Positions 9,269-18,040 of a DNA stretch of 31,200 bases are shown piece by piece; the first letter of the stretch is position 1, and each line of letters starts with the position of its first letter. Location of the stretch: assembly GCA_009691925.1 (NCBI GenBank), contig SIAG01000001.1:1-31200 (forward strand). The letters run 5' to 3'. Made by a program: the position numbers and the translations under genes. The notes below the pieces were generated by a model. That model saw nothing but the letters and a program-made list of their open reading frames with translations, was not told where the DNA came from and made no database searches. Origin of the DNA: Planctomycetaceae bacterium. GTDB taxonomy: Bacteria > Planctomycetota > Planctomycetia > Pirellulales > UBA1268.

Positions 9269-10198
9269 TCAGGTTCCCGTGCCAGCAGCGCCGTCGGTCG
9301 GCTTGGTCGGGTCGTTGCCGTCGCTGATCGTGGAATACCACCGCAGCACATCGAGATCGGTGTCGGGCGTGAGCCCCTCGACATGGCCGTCGAGGAACAC
9401 GAAGTTCACGATTCCGGCGGCATGCTGGCTGCCGAACTTCCGGTTGTTGGTGTCCTTCGGACCGCTGGCGAGCCCCCGGGCCGTGTCGCGGAACAGGCAG
9501 TGGGGGGTGTCGGCGGCGAACATCGAGGTGTCCCCCTGCCAGTACTGGACCATGTTCTGGGGCCAGGCCGGATCGACCGGGATCAGATGCCGCTCGCCGA
9601 GGGCAATCGTCTGGCTCAAGCCGTCGGTCACCCACGCCGCCTTGACCGCCGAGAAGGTGAAGATCGGGCCGGCTTGTCGACCGTCGACACCCGCCCCATT
9701 CTCGGCGCTGTAGTTGAAGTATGTCCCGGCATTGGCGGAATAGTCGCCGCCGGCCGCGGCCGCCACGACGACAGGAACGTCATTGTTGTTGTCGAAGTTG
9801 CGGGTGTTGTTCGGGGCCCGCCGGCTGGGGCAGAAGAACGCGGCGACGGCCGTTCGCATCGACTGCGAATTGAGGGTGTCATCGGCCCGGGCCGTCGGCA
9901 CGTAGGCATTGGCGATCGCCGTCTCCTCCATGTAGGGGAGCATGCGGAAAGCCCAGGAAGTCCCGATCTGCTCGCGGGTATTGCGGCCGGAAGGGAAGGT
10001 TTTCTTGGCGTCGTGGTGGAGTGTGACGGCCAGCCCCTGCTGCTTGAGGTTGTTGTTGCAGGCCATCCGGTTGGCTGCCTCACGGGCCGCCTGGACCGCC
10101 GGGAGGAGGAGCCCGACCAGGGTGCCGATGATGGCGATCACCACGAGCAGCTCAACGAGCGTGAAGCCGCGCCGGACGCCCCTGTCGATCGACCCCAT
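9269..10198 (-). CDS. DUF1559 / prepilin-type N-terminal cleavage-methylation domain protein
   Basis: RRGFTLVELLVVIAIIGTLVGLLLPAVQAAREAANRMACNNNLKQ and C-terminal HAAGIVNFVFLDGHV. An alternative start at ATG 10255 has a GGAG RBS. Confidence 0.93.
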   Translation of the reverse strand: MGSIDRGVRRGFTLVELLVVIAIIGTLVGLLLPAVQAAREAANRMACNNNLKQQGLAVTLHHDAKKTFPSGRNTREQIGTSWAFRMLPYMEETAIANAYVPTARADDTLNSQSMRTAVAAFFCPSRRAPNNTRNFDNNNDVPVVVAAAAGGDYSANAGTYFNYSAENGAGVDGRQAGPIFTFSAVKAAWVTDGLSQTIALGERHLIPVDPAWPQNMVQYWQGDTSMFAADTPHCLFRDTARGLASGPKDTNNRKFGSQHAAGIVNFVFLDGHVEGLTPDTDLDVLRWYSTISDGNDPTKPTDGAAGTGT

Positions 10199-10565
10199 TG
10201 AAGCCCCACGACTCTTCCAACCGTTGTTCAGACGACTCTTCAGCGTGCTAACCATGGTGAACTCTCCCGGCCGCAACCCACCCAGAGCCGACGAGGCAGG
10301 GGGAAAGAGGTGACCGCCAAAAGAACCATTGTTAAGCGGTGGGGAGGGTCAGTCAAGGAAGACTGGGGGCTCAAGGTCGCCCTAAAACCCGCAAGCCACC
10401 AGGACTTCCCAGGCTCTGGGGGGATCGGTAGCCTGCGTCGAAAAGGAGGCCGTGATTCACTCTGGATGGGGGGTTCAGTGAGAAAGATTCGACCGATGAG
10501 CGGGCTCAAAAAACCCCGGGGCCAGTTTCGCTCCCCCCCTTTGAGAGTGACTTTTTCGACGGCCT

Positions 10566-11375
10566 TCAGCCCGGCCGCGAGACCCGACTCCCGATCCGCT
10601 CCCCCGCGATCGCCCGGACGATGTTCCCTTCACGGCGGTAGTTGAACACCAGGATCGGCATGTCGTGCTCCATGCACTGGGAGATCGCCGTGACATCCAT
10701 GACCCGCAGGTTCTGGTCGCGGATCTGCTGGTAGGAGAGATCGCGATAGAGGATAGCGTGGGGATTTTTTTCCGGATCGTCGGAGTAAACGCCGTCGACC
10801 CGGGTCGCCTTCATGAGAACATCGGCCTCGAGCTCCAGGGCCCGTTGGGCGGCGGCGGTGTCGGTGGTCACAAACGGGCTGCCGGTGCCCGCCGCGAGGA
10901 TCACGATCCGCCCTTTCTCGAGATGGCGGCGGGCGCGACGGCGGATGTAGGGCTCGGCGACGCCGTCCATGCGGATCGCCGTCATCAGCCGCGTCTGGGC
11001 CCCCAGGCTCTCGAGGGCATCCTGGAGCGCCAGGCCATTGATCACGGTGGCAAGCATCCCCATCGAGTGGGCCGTCGCCTCGTGGACGCCGGAGTTCCCG
11101 GCGGTGAATGAGGCCCCGCGGAGGATGTTGCCACCCCCGATCACGATCGCCAGCTCGACCCCCCGGGAGGCCGCCAGGAAGACCTGTCGGGCGACGAGGA
11201 GGACTTCGTCCATCGAGATCCCGCGCTCGCCGGGGCGGACGAAGCTCTCCCCCGAGAGCTTCAGGAGCACGCGACGGTAGACCACCGCCGCCGCTTCAAC
11301 GGCCCCGTTTGCCTGGCCCAAGGCTCCGACCGGCCCGGCTTCCGGTCCCTTCCCGCCACTCTGTCTGGCCTCCAC
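10566..11375 (-). CDS. pyrH: Uridylate kinase
   Basis: [38 protein letters not shown] and KATRVDGVY motifs, directly downstream of tsf. The start is uncertain: GTG 11375 (GGGAG RBS) or GTG 11285. Confidence 0.96.
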   Translation of the reverse strand: MEARQSGGKGPEAGPVGALGQANGAVEAAAVVYRRVLLKLSGESFVRPGERGISMDEVLLVARQVFLAASRGVELAIVIGGGNILRGASFTAGNSGVHEATAHSMGMLATVINGLALQDALESLGAQTRLMTAIRMDGVAEPYIRRRARRHLEKGRIVILAAGTGSPFVTTDTAAAQRALELEADVLMKATRVDGVYSDDPEKNPHAILYRDLSYQQIRDQNLRVMDVTAISQCMEHDMPILVFNYRREGNIVRAIAGERIGSRVSRPG

Positions 11376-11401
11376 AAAAGAGTCTCCCGCACGGGCGGAT
11401 G

Positions 11402-12244
11402 TCAGCCGCCGAGTTTCCAGTTCTCGACACGCTTCACCTCGAGCCCGGCCGACTTGGCCAGCTGGCCGACGGTCTGCTTGTCGTCTTTCACAAACGGCTG
11501 TTCGAGGAGGACACACTGGCTGAAGAAGTTGCGCAGCCGTCCTTCGATCATCTTGGCGATGATGTTTTCGGGCTTCCCTTCGCCGCGGGCCGCCTCGGTA
11601 AGGATTTCGCGTTCCTTGGCGACCGCCACGGGATCGAGGTCTTCCTTCGTGATCGCCTGCGGTGCGAGGGCGACGACGTGCATCGAGATGTCCTTGGCGA
11701 CGGTGGCCACGTCGGGGCCGGTCGTCTTCCCCGCGACCTCGACGATCGCCGCCTTCGAGCCGTCGTGGTGGGCGTAGCCGCCACAGGGGGCGTCAATGCG
11801 GCAGATCCGCGCCAGCTCGAACACCTCGCGCATCCGGTTAAAGAGATCGTCCTTGATCTCCGCCAAGGTCTTGTCGGGGTGGGCGTGGCTCTTCTGGGCG
11901 AGGAGCTCGGCGGGGGTCTTCGCGCCGGGCCCGAGGGCGAGCGTCGTGGCGATGTCCTCGGCGAGGGCCTTGAAATCTTGGCTGTTGGCCACCGGGGCGC
12001 TCTCGCACTTCAGCTCGATGATCGTGCCGACGTTGTTGGCGGGATCGGCGTAGACCGCCAGACGCCCCGTCGAGGTTTCACGGTCGGCGCGCATCGCTTG
12101 CGTCTTGACGCCCTGCTTGCGGAGCCATTCCACCGCCTGCTCCGTGTTGCCGCCGCACTCCAGCAGGGCCTTCTTGCATTCCATCATCGGCAGTCCGGTC
12201 TTGTCCCGGAGTGCCATCACCGCTGCGGCTGTGATCTCTGCCAT
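11402..12244 (-). CDS. tsf: Elongation factor Ts, 280 aa
   Basis: [47 protein letters not shown] and LLEQPFVKD motifs. Confidence 0.98.
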   Translation of the reverse strand: MAEITAAAVMALRDKTGLPMMECKKALLECGGNTEQAVEWLRKQGVKTQAMRADRETSTGRLAVYADPANNVGTIIELKCESAPVANSQDFKALAEDIATTLALGPGAKTPAELLAQKSHAHPDKTLAEIKDDLFNRMREVFELARICRIDAPCGGYAHHDGSKAAIVEVAGKTTGPDVATVAKDISMHVVALAPQAITKEDLDPVAVAKEREILTEAARGEGKPENIIAKMIEGRLRNFFSQCVLLEQPFVKDDKQTVGQLAKSAGLEVKRVENWKLGG

Positions 12245-12443
12245 GGAAAAAGCTCCTTCCAGAAATGGACGTGGAAAATGGAATCATTCCTGATCGGTTC
12301 AAGAGCCCTTAGCCCCGCCCCGGACCAAAACAAGACAACCGGCGAAGCGCCCCGTTGTGGAGCGCTCCTGCCGGCCGTCGGAGGACAAAAGACAAAGCAG
12401 CCACCATCCCCCGCGCCATGCCGGGCAGTCGGCCCGCGGCCGA

Positions 12444-13244
12444 TCAGGTCTTCGGCGGACGGGGCGCGACCCGCTTGGCAACATTCGACCGAGCCTTCGG
12501 AGACGACTTCCCGTCGACGTCAGCCCCTTCGGCAGCAGCTTGGGCGTCGGACGAGGTGTTGACCTTCCCCTCGAGGATCGCATCGGCGAGCCGGGAGGCG
12601 ACCAGCTCGATTGAGCGGATCGAGTCGTCGTTGCCCGGGATCGGAAGATCGACCAGATCGGGGTCGCAGTCGGTGTCGATCAGGGCGACCGTCGTGATCC
12701 CCATCTTCCGAGCTTCGCTGATAGCGTTCTTTTCCTTCTTCGGATCGAACACCACGAGGCACTCGGGGAGCCGCGACAGGGTGCGGATGCCGCCGAGATT
12801 CCGCTCCATCTTGCGGAACTCCCGCCGCAGCGACGATTGCATCTTCTTGGAATAGGCGCCGAACTCGTCGGAGGGCATCAGCTTCTCGAGCTGCTCCAGC
12901 CGCGCTAGCCGGTTGCGGATCGTGCGGAAATTGGTCAGCGTGCCGCCGAGCCAGCGGTCGGAGACGTAGGGCATGCCGCAGCGCAACGCCTCGCGGGCGA
13001 CCGCCTCGGCCCCCTGCCGCTTCGTCCCGACAAACAGGATCAGGCTGCCGGTCGACGCGACCTGCTTGAGATACTTCCGGGCCCGGAGCAGGCCGCGGAT
13101 CGTCTCGCGGACGTCGATGATGTGGATGAGATTACGGCGCCCATGGATATAGGGCCGCATCTTCGGGTTCCAGCGGCTGGCACGATGGCCAAAGTGCACG
13201 CCGGCTTCGATCAGTTCCTGGGCCAGGACGTTCGACACGCTCAT
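12444..13244 (-). CDS. rpsB: 30S ribosomal protein S2, about 266 aa
   Basis: [45 protein letters not shown] and PGNDDSIRS motifs. Start at ATG 13244. Confidence 0.98.
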   Translation of the reverse strand: MSVSNVLAQELIEAGVHFGHRASRWNPKMRPYIHGRRNLIHIIDVRETIRGLLRARKYLKQVASTGSLILFVGTKRQGAEAVAREALRCGMPYVSDRWLGGTLTNFRTIRNRLARLEQLEKLMPSDEFGAYSKKMQSSLRREFRKMERNLGGIRTLSRLPECLVVFDPKKEKNAISEARKMGITTVALIDTDCDPDLVDLPIPGNDDSIRSIELVASRLADAILEGKVNTSSDAQAAAEGADVDGKSSPKARSNVAKRVAPRPPKT

Positions 13245-13320
13245 CACTCGTGGGGTGGAAAGAAAGGGAGCAGGCGGAAAGTGCCTTGACAGACCGCCGC
13301 GATCGCGGGGGCAGTCCCGC

Positions 13321-13350
13321 AAACTATTCCTATTTTCCGGGCCATGTCAA
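13321..13350 (-). promoter_or_regulatory. Candidate sigma70 promoter for rpsB-tsf-pyrH
   Basis: Minus strand: perfect TTGACA (13350-13345), N18, TAGTTT (13326-13321), about 75 nt upstream of the rpsB ATG. Confidence 0.5.
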
Positions 13351-13399
13351 CGCTTACTTGCCAGGACCGGGCGTGACGGGGCATCGCCATGGGCACCGC

Positions 13400-13429
13400 T
13401 TGAATCGTCCCGGCGGGCCGAACTACACT
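13400..13429 (+). promoter_or_regulatory. Candidate sigma70 promoter for ilvN-ilvC
   Basis: TTGAAT (13400-13405), N18, TACACT (13424-13429). Divergent from the rpsB promoter. Confidence 0.45.
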
Positions 13430-13680
13430 TGGGATACCTTCCGGCTGCCATTTTCGGCCTGTTTTCGCTATTTCCCCGTGGGCCAAGGCTGTGGGGACGC
13501 GCGTTTCGCAGAGCTGGGTGCCCCCCGGCCCGGCCGGCTTGTGTTCCTCTGCATCCCATTTCTCGCTCCAGACTGCGTCCACCCTGCCCCCCGAAACGAC
13601 CCCGTCTTCCCGATCGTCATCCCTCGATTCCGCCTCGGTTTCGGTCTCGCTCCCACTCTTTTCCTCCGGTCTCCCCCCCC

Positions 13681-14238
13681 ATGCGACACGTCCTTTCGGC
13701 CACCGTCCAGAACGTTCCTGGCGTACTGGCCCATGTCTCGGGCATGCTCGCCTCCCGGGGCTACAACATCGACAGCCTCGCCGTCGGCGAGACGGAGGAT
13801 CGGCGTTTCTCCCGGATGACCTTCGTGCTCCGGGGTGACGACCGGGTGCTCGACCAGGTTCGCCGCCAGCTCGAGAAGATCGTCACGGTTGTCCGCGTCG
13901 ACGACATCAGCTCGCGGAATTACCTCGAGCGCGACTTGATGCTCATCAAGATCGCTGCCACGGCCGGTGCCACGCGGACGGAGGTCAAGGAGCTCGCCGA
14001 GGTGTTCCGTGGGAGGGTGGTCGACGTCGCCGCCGACAGTGTTGTCGTCGAAATCTCCGGGACCGAAAAGAAGATCGAGGGCTTCATCGAGCTGATCCGC
14101 CCCCTCGGGATTCTGGAGCTTGTCCGCACCGGCCGGATCGCGATGGTGCGGGGGAGCCCGCCGACCCGCGAGCTCACCGAGGCGGCCGACGGCGCCCGCC
14201 CCACCGACGAGGCGTCGATCCGCGAATCGCTGGCCTAA
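13681..14238 (+). CDS. ilvN: Acetolactate synthase small (regulatory) subunit, 185 aa
   Basis: MRHVLSATVQNVPGVLAHVSGMLASRGYNIDSLAVGETE ACT domain, and C-terminal ERDLMLIK...ELVRTGRIAM. ATG at 13681. Confidence 0.96.
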   Translation: MRHVLSATVQNVPGVLAHVSGMLASRGYNIDSLAVGETEDRRFSRMTFVLRGDDRVLDQVRRQLEKIVTVVRVDDISSRNYLERDLMLIKIAATAGATRTEVKELAEVFRGRVVDVAADSVVVEISGTEKKIEGFIELIRPLGILELVRTGRIAMVRGSPPTRELTEAADGARPTDEASIRESLA

Positions 14239-14267
14239 ATCGCTTGCCGAAGCCTAAATCGCTTGCC
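14233..14267. repeat. 16-bp direct repeat GCCTAAATCGCTTGCC x2 (period 19) including the ilvN stop codon
   Basis: Copies at 14233-14248 and 14252-14267. TAA at 14236-14238. Confidence 0.9.
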
Positions 14268-14285
14268 TCAGTAAGACAGTTCTCC

Positions 14286-14317
14286 TGAAAGGTGTGGGGC
14301 CCGCCCCACGCCTTTCA
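14286..14317 (+). terminator. 14-bp stem hairpin between ilvN and ilvC (terminator, attenuator or stabiliser-like)
   Basis: TGAAAGGTGTGGGG-CCCG-CCCCACGCCTTTCA with one G-U pair. It is followed by a pyrimidine tract rather than a clean U run. Confidence 0.5.
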
Positions 14318-14377
14318 CCTCCCCTTTCCCCTTAGCCCCCCTCCCCTTTCCTTCAGCCTGATCCGAGGAGTGATCCC

Positions 14378-15382
14378 TTGCCCGCCACGATCTATTACGA
14401 CGCTGATGCCGATCTCAAGGCCCTCGATGGGAAGACCATCGCCGTCATCGGCTACGGCAGCCAGGGGCACGCGCAGGCCCAGAATCTCAGGGACAGCGGG
14501 CTGAAGGTCGTCGTCGCCCAGCGGCCGGGTGGTCCGAATTACGATCTCGCCAAGAAGCACGGCTTCGAGCCGATGAGCGTCGAGGATGCCGTCAAGCAGG
14601 CCGACTTGATCAACATCCTCCTCCCCGACGAGGTCGCCGCCGACGTCTACAAGGCGTCGATCCAGCCGCATCTCAAAAAAGGCGCCGTGCTGATGGCCAG
14701 CCACGGCTTCAATTTCCACTTCGGGCAGATCGAGGCCCCCGTCGGTCACGACGTGATGCTCGTCGCCCCGAAGGGCCCGGGGCATCTCGTCCGCAGCGAG
14801 TACGTAAAGGGTGGGGGCGTCCCCTGCCTCATCGCGCTCGGGGCTGGAGCCTCGCCTGAGACCAAGAAGCTCGGGCTGGCTTACGCCAAGGGGATCGGCG
14901 GCACCCGTGGCGGCGTCATCGAGACGACGATCGCGGAGGAGACCGAGACCGACCTGTTCGGTGAGCAGGTCGTTCTCTGTGGCGGTGTCTCGGAGCTCAT
15001 CAAGGCGGGCTTCGACACGCTCGTCGACGCCGGCTACCAGCCGGAGATGGCCTATTTCGAGTGCCTCCACGAGATGAAGCTGATCGTCGACCTCCTCTAC
15101 CAGGGCGGGCTCGAGTACATGCGCTACAGCATCTCGAACACCGCCGAATACGGTGACTACACCCGCGGCAAGCGGATCATCACCGACGAGACCCGTGCGG
15201 AGATGAAGAAGATCCTCGAAGAGATCCGCTCCGGCGAGTTCGCCCGCGACTGGATCCTCGAGAACCGTGGCGGAGCGGCGATGTTCAAGAGCACCCGCCG
15301 CCGCGAGCGCGAGCACAAGCTCACCGAGACCGGCCGCAATCTCCGCAAGATGATGAAGTGGATTGAAGCGAAGGAAGTCTGA
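14378..15382 (+). CDS. ilvC: Ketol-acid reductoisomerase (class I), 334 aa
   Basis: [54 protein letters not shown] and YFECLHE motifs. TTG start with GAGGAG RBS. Confidence 0.98.
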   Translation: MPATIYYDADADLKALDGKTIAVIGYGSQGHAQAQNLRDSGLKVVVAQRPGGPNYDLAKKHGFEPMSVEDAVKQADLINILLPDEVAADVYKASIQPHLKKGAVLMASHGFNFHFGQIEAPVGHDVMLVAPKGPGHLVRSEYVKGGGVPCLIALGAGASPETKKLGLAYAKGIGGTRGGVIETTIAEETETDLFGEQVVLCGGVSELIKAGFDTLVDAGYQPEMAYFECLHEMKLIVDLLYQGGLEYMRYSISNTAEYGDYTRGKRIITDETRAEMKKILEEIRSGEFARDWILENRGGAAMFKSTRRREREHKLTETGRNLRKMMKWIEAKEV

Positions 15383-15392
15383 GGACTTTCTT

Positions 15393-15445
15393 GTCCGTGG
15401 CCCGAGGGAACGCCGAGGGTTCCCCGGGTCGGCACGGACCGTGCC
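15393..15445. other. Overlapping alternative hairpins downstream of ilvC
   Basis: GTCCGTG(15393-15399) pairs with CACGGAC(15433-15439), with inner GCCCG/CGGGT and GGAAC/GTTCC stems. This competes with the palindrome GGCACGG-A-CCGTGCC (15431-15445). Confidence 0.4.
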
Positions 15446-15506
15446 CTATGAATCGAGTCTCGAGTCGTCGTAGGTGTGTCGCCAGAAGAGAACCGGGAGA
15501 GCCGAT

Positions 15507-15782
15507 ATGACGCCAGAAGAACACCAGTCGCGGACGCTCTACGAGCAACTCACCCCGGGGGACCGGGTCGAGGTGATCCATGGCGTTCAGGTTGGGTCGA
15601 CCGCCACCTGGAGCACGACGACGGTGGGAAAGGTGTTGCGGCGCGAGCGTCGTCGGCACGGCCTCCACTTCCGCCGCAACCCCGACGACAAGGTGTTCAG
15701 CGACGTTCTGATCCTCTCCCGTGACGACGGCGAACTCACCACGGTGACGATCGACGAGTACACGCAGCTTCGCAAGCTGTAG
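15507..15782 (+). CDS. Small hypothetical protein, 91 aa, predicted beta-rich
   Basis: GGGAG RBS, ATG 15507, GC3-rich codons like the neighbours. The GDRVEV...TTTVGKV...ERRRHGLHFRRN...TTVTIDEY pattern suggests short beta strands. Confidence 0.75.
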   Translation: MTPEEHQSRTLYEQLTPGDRVEVIHGVQVGSTATWSTTTVGKVLRRERRRHGLHFRRNPDDKVFSDVLILSRDDGELTTVTIDEYTQLRKL

Positions 15783-15995
15783 GAGCAAAGCTCAGGGCCG
15801 GAAGCCCGGGTGACGTGCCAGCGGGCGGATGCCTGCCAAGCGAACACGAGCCGGACGCTCGTGGTTCGCGTGCAATTCCCGAGTACACGCAGCTTCGCAA
15901 GCTGTAGGAGCAAAGCTCAGGGCCGGAAGCCCGGGTGACGTGCCAGCGGGCGGATGCCTGCCAAGAGAACACGAGCCGGACGCTCGTGGTTCGCG
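15755..15995. repeat. 125-bp tandem unit x about 1.9 (REP/BIME-like, multi-hairpin), starting inside the 3' end of the 91-aa gene
   Basis: 15755-15870 versus 15880-15995: 116 bp with one mismatch (C15841/A15966). The unit contains hairpins CAGCTT-CGC-AAGCTG, GGGC-CGGAA-GCCC, GCGGGC-GGAT-GCCTGC and GCGAAC-ACGAGC-CGGAC-GCTCGT-G-GTTCGC. Confidence 0.95.
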
Positions 15996-16030
15996 GTGTG
16001 TGCCCACCACCGCCATCCCCTTGCTGAGGC

Positions 16031-16059
16031 CAGAAGGGCCTTTTGTGGGAGGCCCTCTG
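16031..16059. other. Hairpin just inside the left end of the insert
   Basis: CAGAAGGGCCT-TTTGTGGG-AGGCCCTCTG: a 10-bp stem with one bulge. Confidence 0.4.
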
Positions 16060-16217
16060 AACTACTTCCGCCCCAGTCAGCGATTGGCTCGCTTGATCGC
16101 CCTCGCCTCGGCACGGTGGCGCCTCGTTTCCTGGCGATCGAGTCTCACCGTGTCGCGGGTTGCGGCTCCTTCCTGGTGTCGGGCCGCAGTGATCCGACTG
16201 CATCTTCAGTGCTGTAC

Positions 16218-16943
16218 TCAAGTCTCATCCAAATCCTCTACTTCGATGACCATAACAATGCCCCATAAGCAATCGGTGAGCCTTTCGAGTGGATCCATGC
16301 GCAGAACAGACGTTGCGTTCGGCAACATTACGTGTTGCCATACCGCATGAGTATTGGAAGGACTTACTGACGTCGACTCTGTCATCCCTCCCGTGCCAGA
16401 TAAACCGCCTCCTCGCGGCACAACGACCACAGTTGGCTCTTGAGTGGCGACTGTGTGGCCATATTGCAGCACCATTTGAACCTCCACTCGCGGGTTCCCG
16501 TCATCGCTTGCGGCCAGGGGCTTGAGTGAAATGGAAGCTTCCCACTTAAAGTTTGGTTCATCACCCTGTCCAGTCCGCGTTCGCTTCATCCCGACTCCAG
16601 GACCTGGAATATCCGCTTTTTTAACACCATTTTCCCATACTTGGCAATTGACTCTGACGAGCAATGGCCGATCGGCGGGTTCGACTTCGACACACCCCGC
16701 GGCGATCCAGCCTAGATGAGGCCAGATCCGAATCAGGTCGCCGCGAAAAAGGTGCGGAGTTGGGGATATGACAATGGTGTCATGCGAATCAGGCAAGGCG
16801 ACTTCTCCCGAGCATAACGTTGCAATCGCCTTCGAAAGCACAATCGCCATGAAAAAGACAATCAATCGCGAACAGAGTAGCCCAGCTTTCGCGGTGGGTT
16901 CTCCAGTAAGCGTAATTGAATAAGGCTTGGGAAAAAAAATCAT
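16218..16943 (-). CDS. Orphan hypothetical protein, up to 241 aa, probably exported or membrane-anchored
   Basis: Long ORF in AT-richer DNA. An N-terminal hydrophobic stretch (LLCSRLIVFFMAIVLSKAIATLC) is followed by alternating beta-strand-like segments. Alternative start at ATG 16850. Confidence 0.55.
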   Translation of the reverse strand: MIFFPKPYSITLTGEPTAKAGLLCSRLIVFFMAIVLSKAIATLCSGEVALPDSHDTIVISPTPHLFRGDLIRIWPHLGWIAAGCVEVEPADRPLLVRVNCQVWENGVKKADIPGPGVGMKRTRTGQGDEPNFKWEASISLKPLAASDDGNPRVEVQMVLQYGHTVATQEPTVVVVPRGGGLSGTGGMTESTSVSPSNTHAVWQHVMLPNATSVLRMDPLERLTDCLWGIVMVIEVEDLDET

Positions 16944-17558
16944 AGCAATTACCTTTTTTCTTCTTACGGCCTACGTCGCCGTAGCGGCCGCTCATGAAAA
17001 CGGAACGAAGAACCTCCATCCGCGAATCACTCAGGGAATCCACTGCCCCTACCGCAGAACCCCGCGTGAGTTCCGCGATCCGCTCGCTATCCCCGCTCTC
17101 TGCCCGAGAAAGACTCGCCTTCCCGAAGTGCCGAAACGTCAGGCAATCCGAAACATAGTCACCAATGCGAGCATGGACCAGCAACGGATCGAGAGCCGAA
17201 GCCGAATACAGCCACGGAAAAAACGATTCGGGAGCCCCGCATGCAACCGCTTGACAGCTCAGTAAAGAGATCCTGCGGACAACCCCCTAGGGCCCCTCAG
17301 TGGATCTGTTCTTCCCCAAAAACCCGCGCCGATCCTATTGATCCCGCAATGGCTGTAAAGTGCGGCCAAAGCGGTGTTTTTGTCGGCCCCTCCGCGGCAC
17401 GGGATCGGTCTAAAAAACCCCGACCCGTACTCGCGGCCATGGGGCGAACGGAACACAAGCGACGCGATCGATCACTCGTTATGGACACGGGCGCCGGGCA
17501 CTGCGGCCTGCGGCTGCTCGCCCGGATAGTCGACAGCCAGCCGGATTGCGCAGGTCAC

Positions 17559-17804
17559 CTATGAGCAGCCGCCGCCGCTCGTGTCATGGGACCTCCGATC
17601 TGTCGAGCCTGGCATTAAGCAACAGCTCAAACGCCTGCTCGCCACCCGAAGCAAGCGAAGGACAAGTCGGCCAATCATTTGGCAGATCAGCAGGTCGCCC
17701 CGTGCGAACGTCGCGAGCACGACGGCGGGCCGACGCTTGCTCGACTGAAGATCGGTGAAAGGAAACGGCACGACGACCACGTCGCCACCTACAAATGCCG
17801 CCAC
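17559..17804 (-). pseudogene. Truncated PemK/MazF-family toxin
   Basis: N-terminus GDVVVVPFPFTDLQSSKRRPAVVLA...LLICQ is PemK/MazF-like, but similarity stops at about codon 43 (near 17676) and the remainder is unrecognisable in any frame. The GTG start overlaps the antitoxin stop by 16 nt. Confidence 0.75.
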
Positions 17805-18001
17805 GCATCATCCTCTTCAGGAGTATCCCAATCCGCCGCCCAGGCTGACTCCGCGAGCGGCAGCAGGGCATGCCCGTCCTCGCTCCCATCACTGCCGGCA
17901 CCGCGTGTCCGTAGGTGCCGCAGAAAAGCGAGCACCTCCCGCTGCACACTCTCCGGTGCGTGCTTGAGTTCCTCGATCAGGGATTTGGTTATGGGTGACA
18001 T
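17789..18001 (-). CDS. DUF2281-like putative antitoxin, 70 aa
   Basis: N-terminal LIEELKHAPESVQREVLAFLRHL and acidic C-terminal LAESAWAADWDTPEEDDAWRHL. This pattern is typical of DUF2281 proteins that precede PemK-type toxins. Confidence 0.75.
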   Translation of the reverse strand: MSPITKSLIEELKHAPESVQREVLAFLRHLRTRGAGSDGSEDGHALLPLAESAWAADWDTPEEDDAWRHL

Positions 18002-18010
18002 GCTGCACAA

Positions 18011-18040
18011 AGGATAGGTCGGCCAATGACACTTCGGCAA
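18011..18040 (-). promoter_or_regulatory. Candidate promoter of the toxin-antitoxin operon (short or leaderless transcript)
   Basis: Minus strand TTGCCG (18040-18035), N18, TATCCT (18016-18011). The ATG lies 9 nt after the -10 box and has no SD. Confidence 0.4.

Noticed and set aside
10328-10356. Minus-strand promoter TTGACT-N17-AACAAT for the DUF1559 gene
   Set aside because: The spacing is right, but the -10 box lacks its first T and there is no supporting evidence, so it was not listed as a feature.
11108-12562. 484-aa plus-strand ORF
   Set aside because: Antisense shadow of tsf and pyrH.
13286-13291. Plus-strand TTGACA
   Set aside because: No plausible -10 box at 16-18 nt spacing (GGCAGT).
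16927-17265. 112-aa plus-strand ORF with a signal-peptide-like start
   Set aside because: TTG start without an RBS, head-to-head overlap with the 241-aa ORF, and a low-complexity basic remainder. Not supportable, though not excluded.
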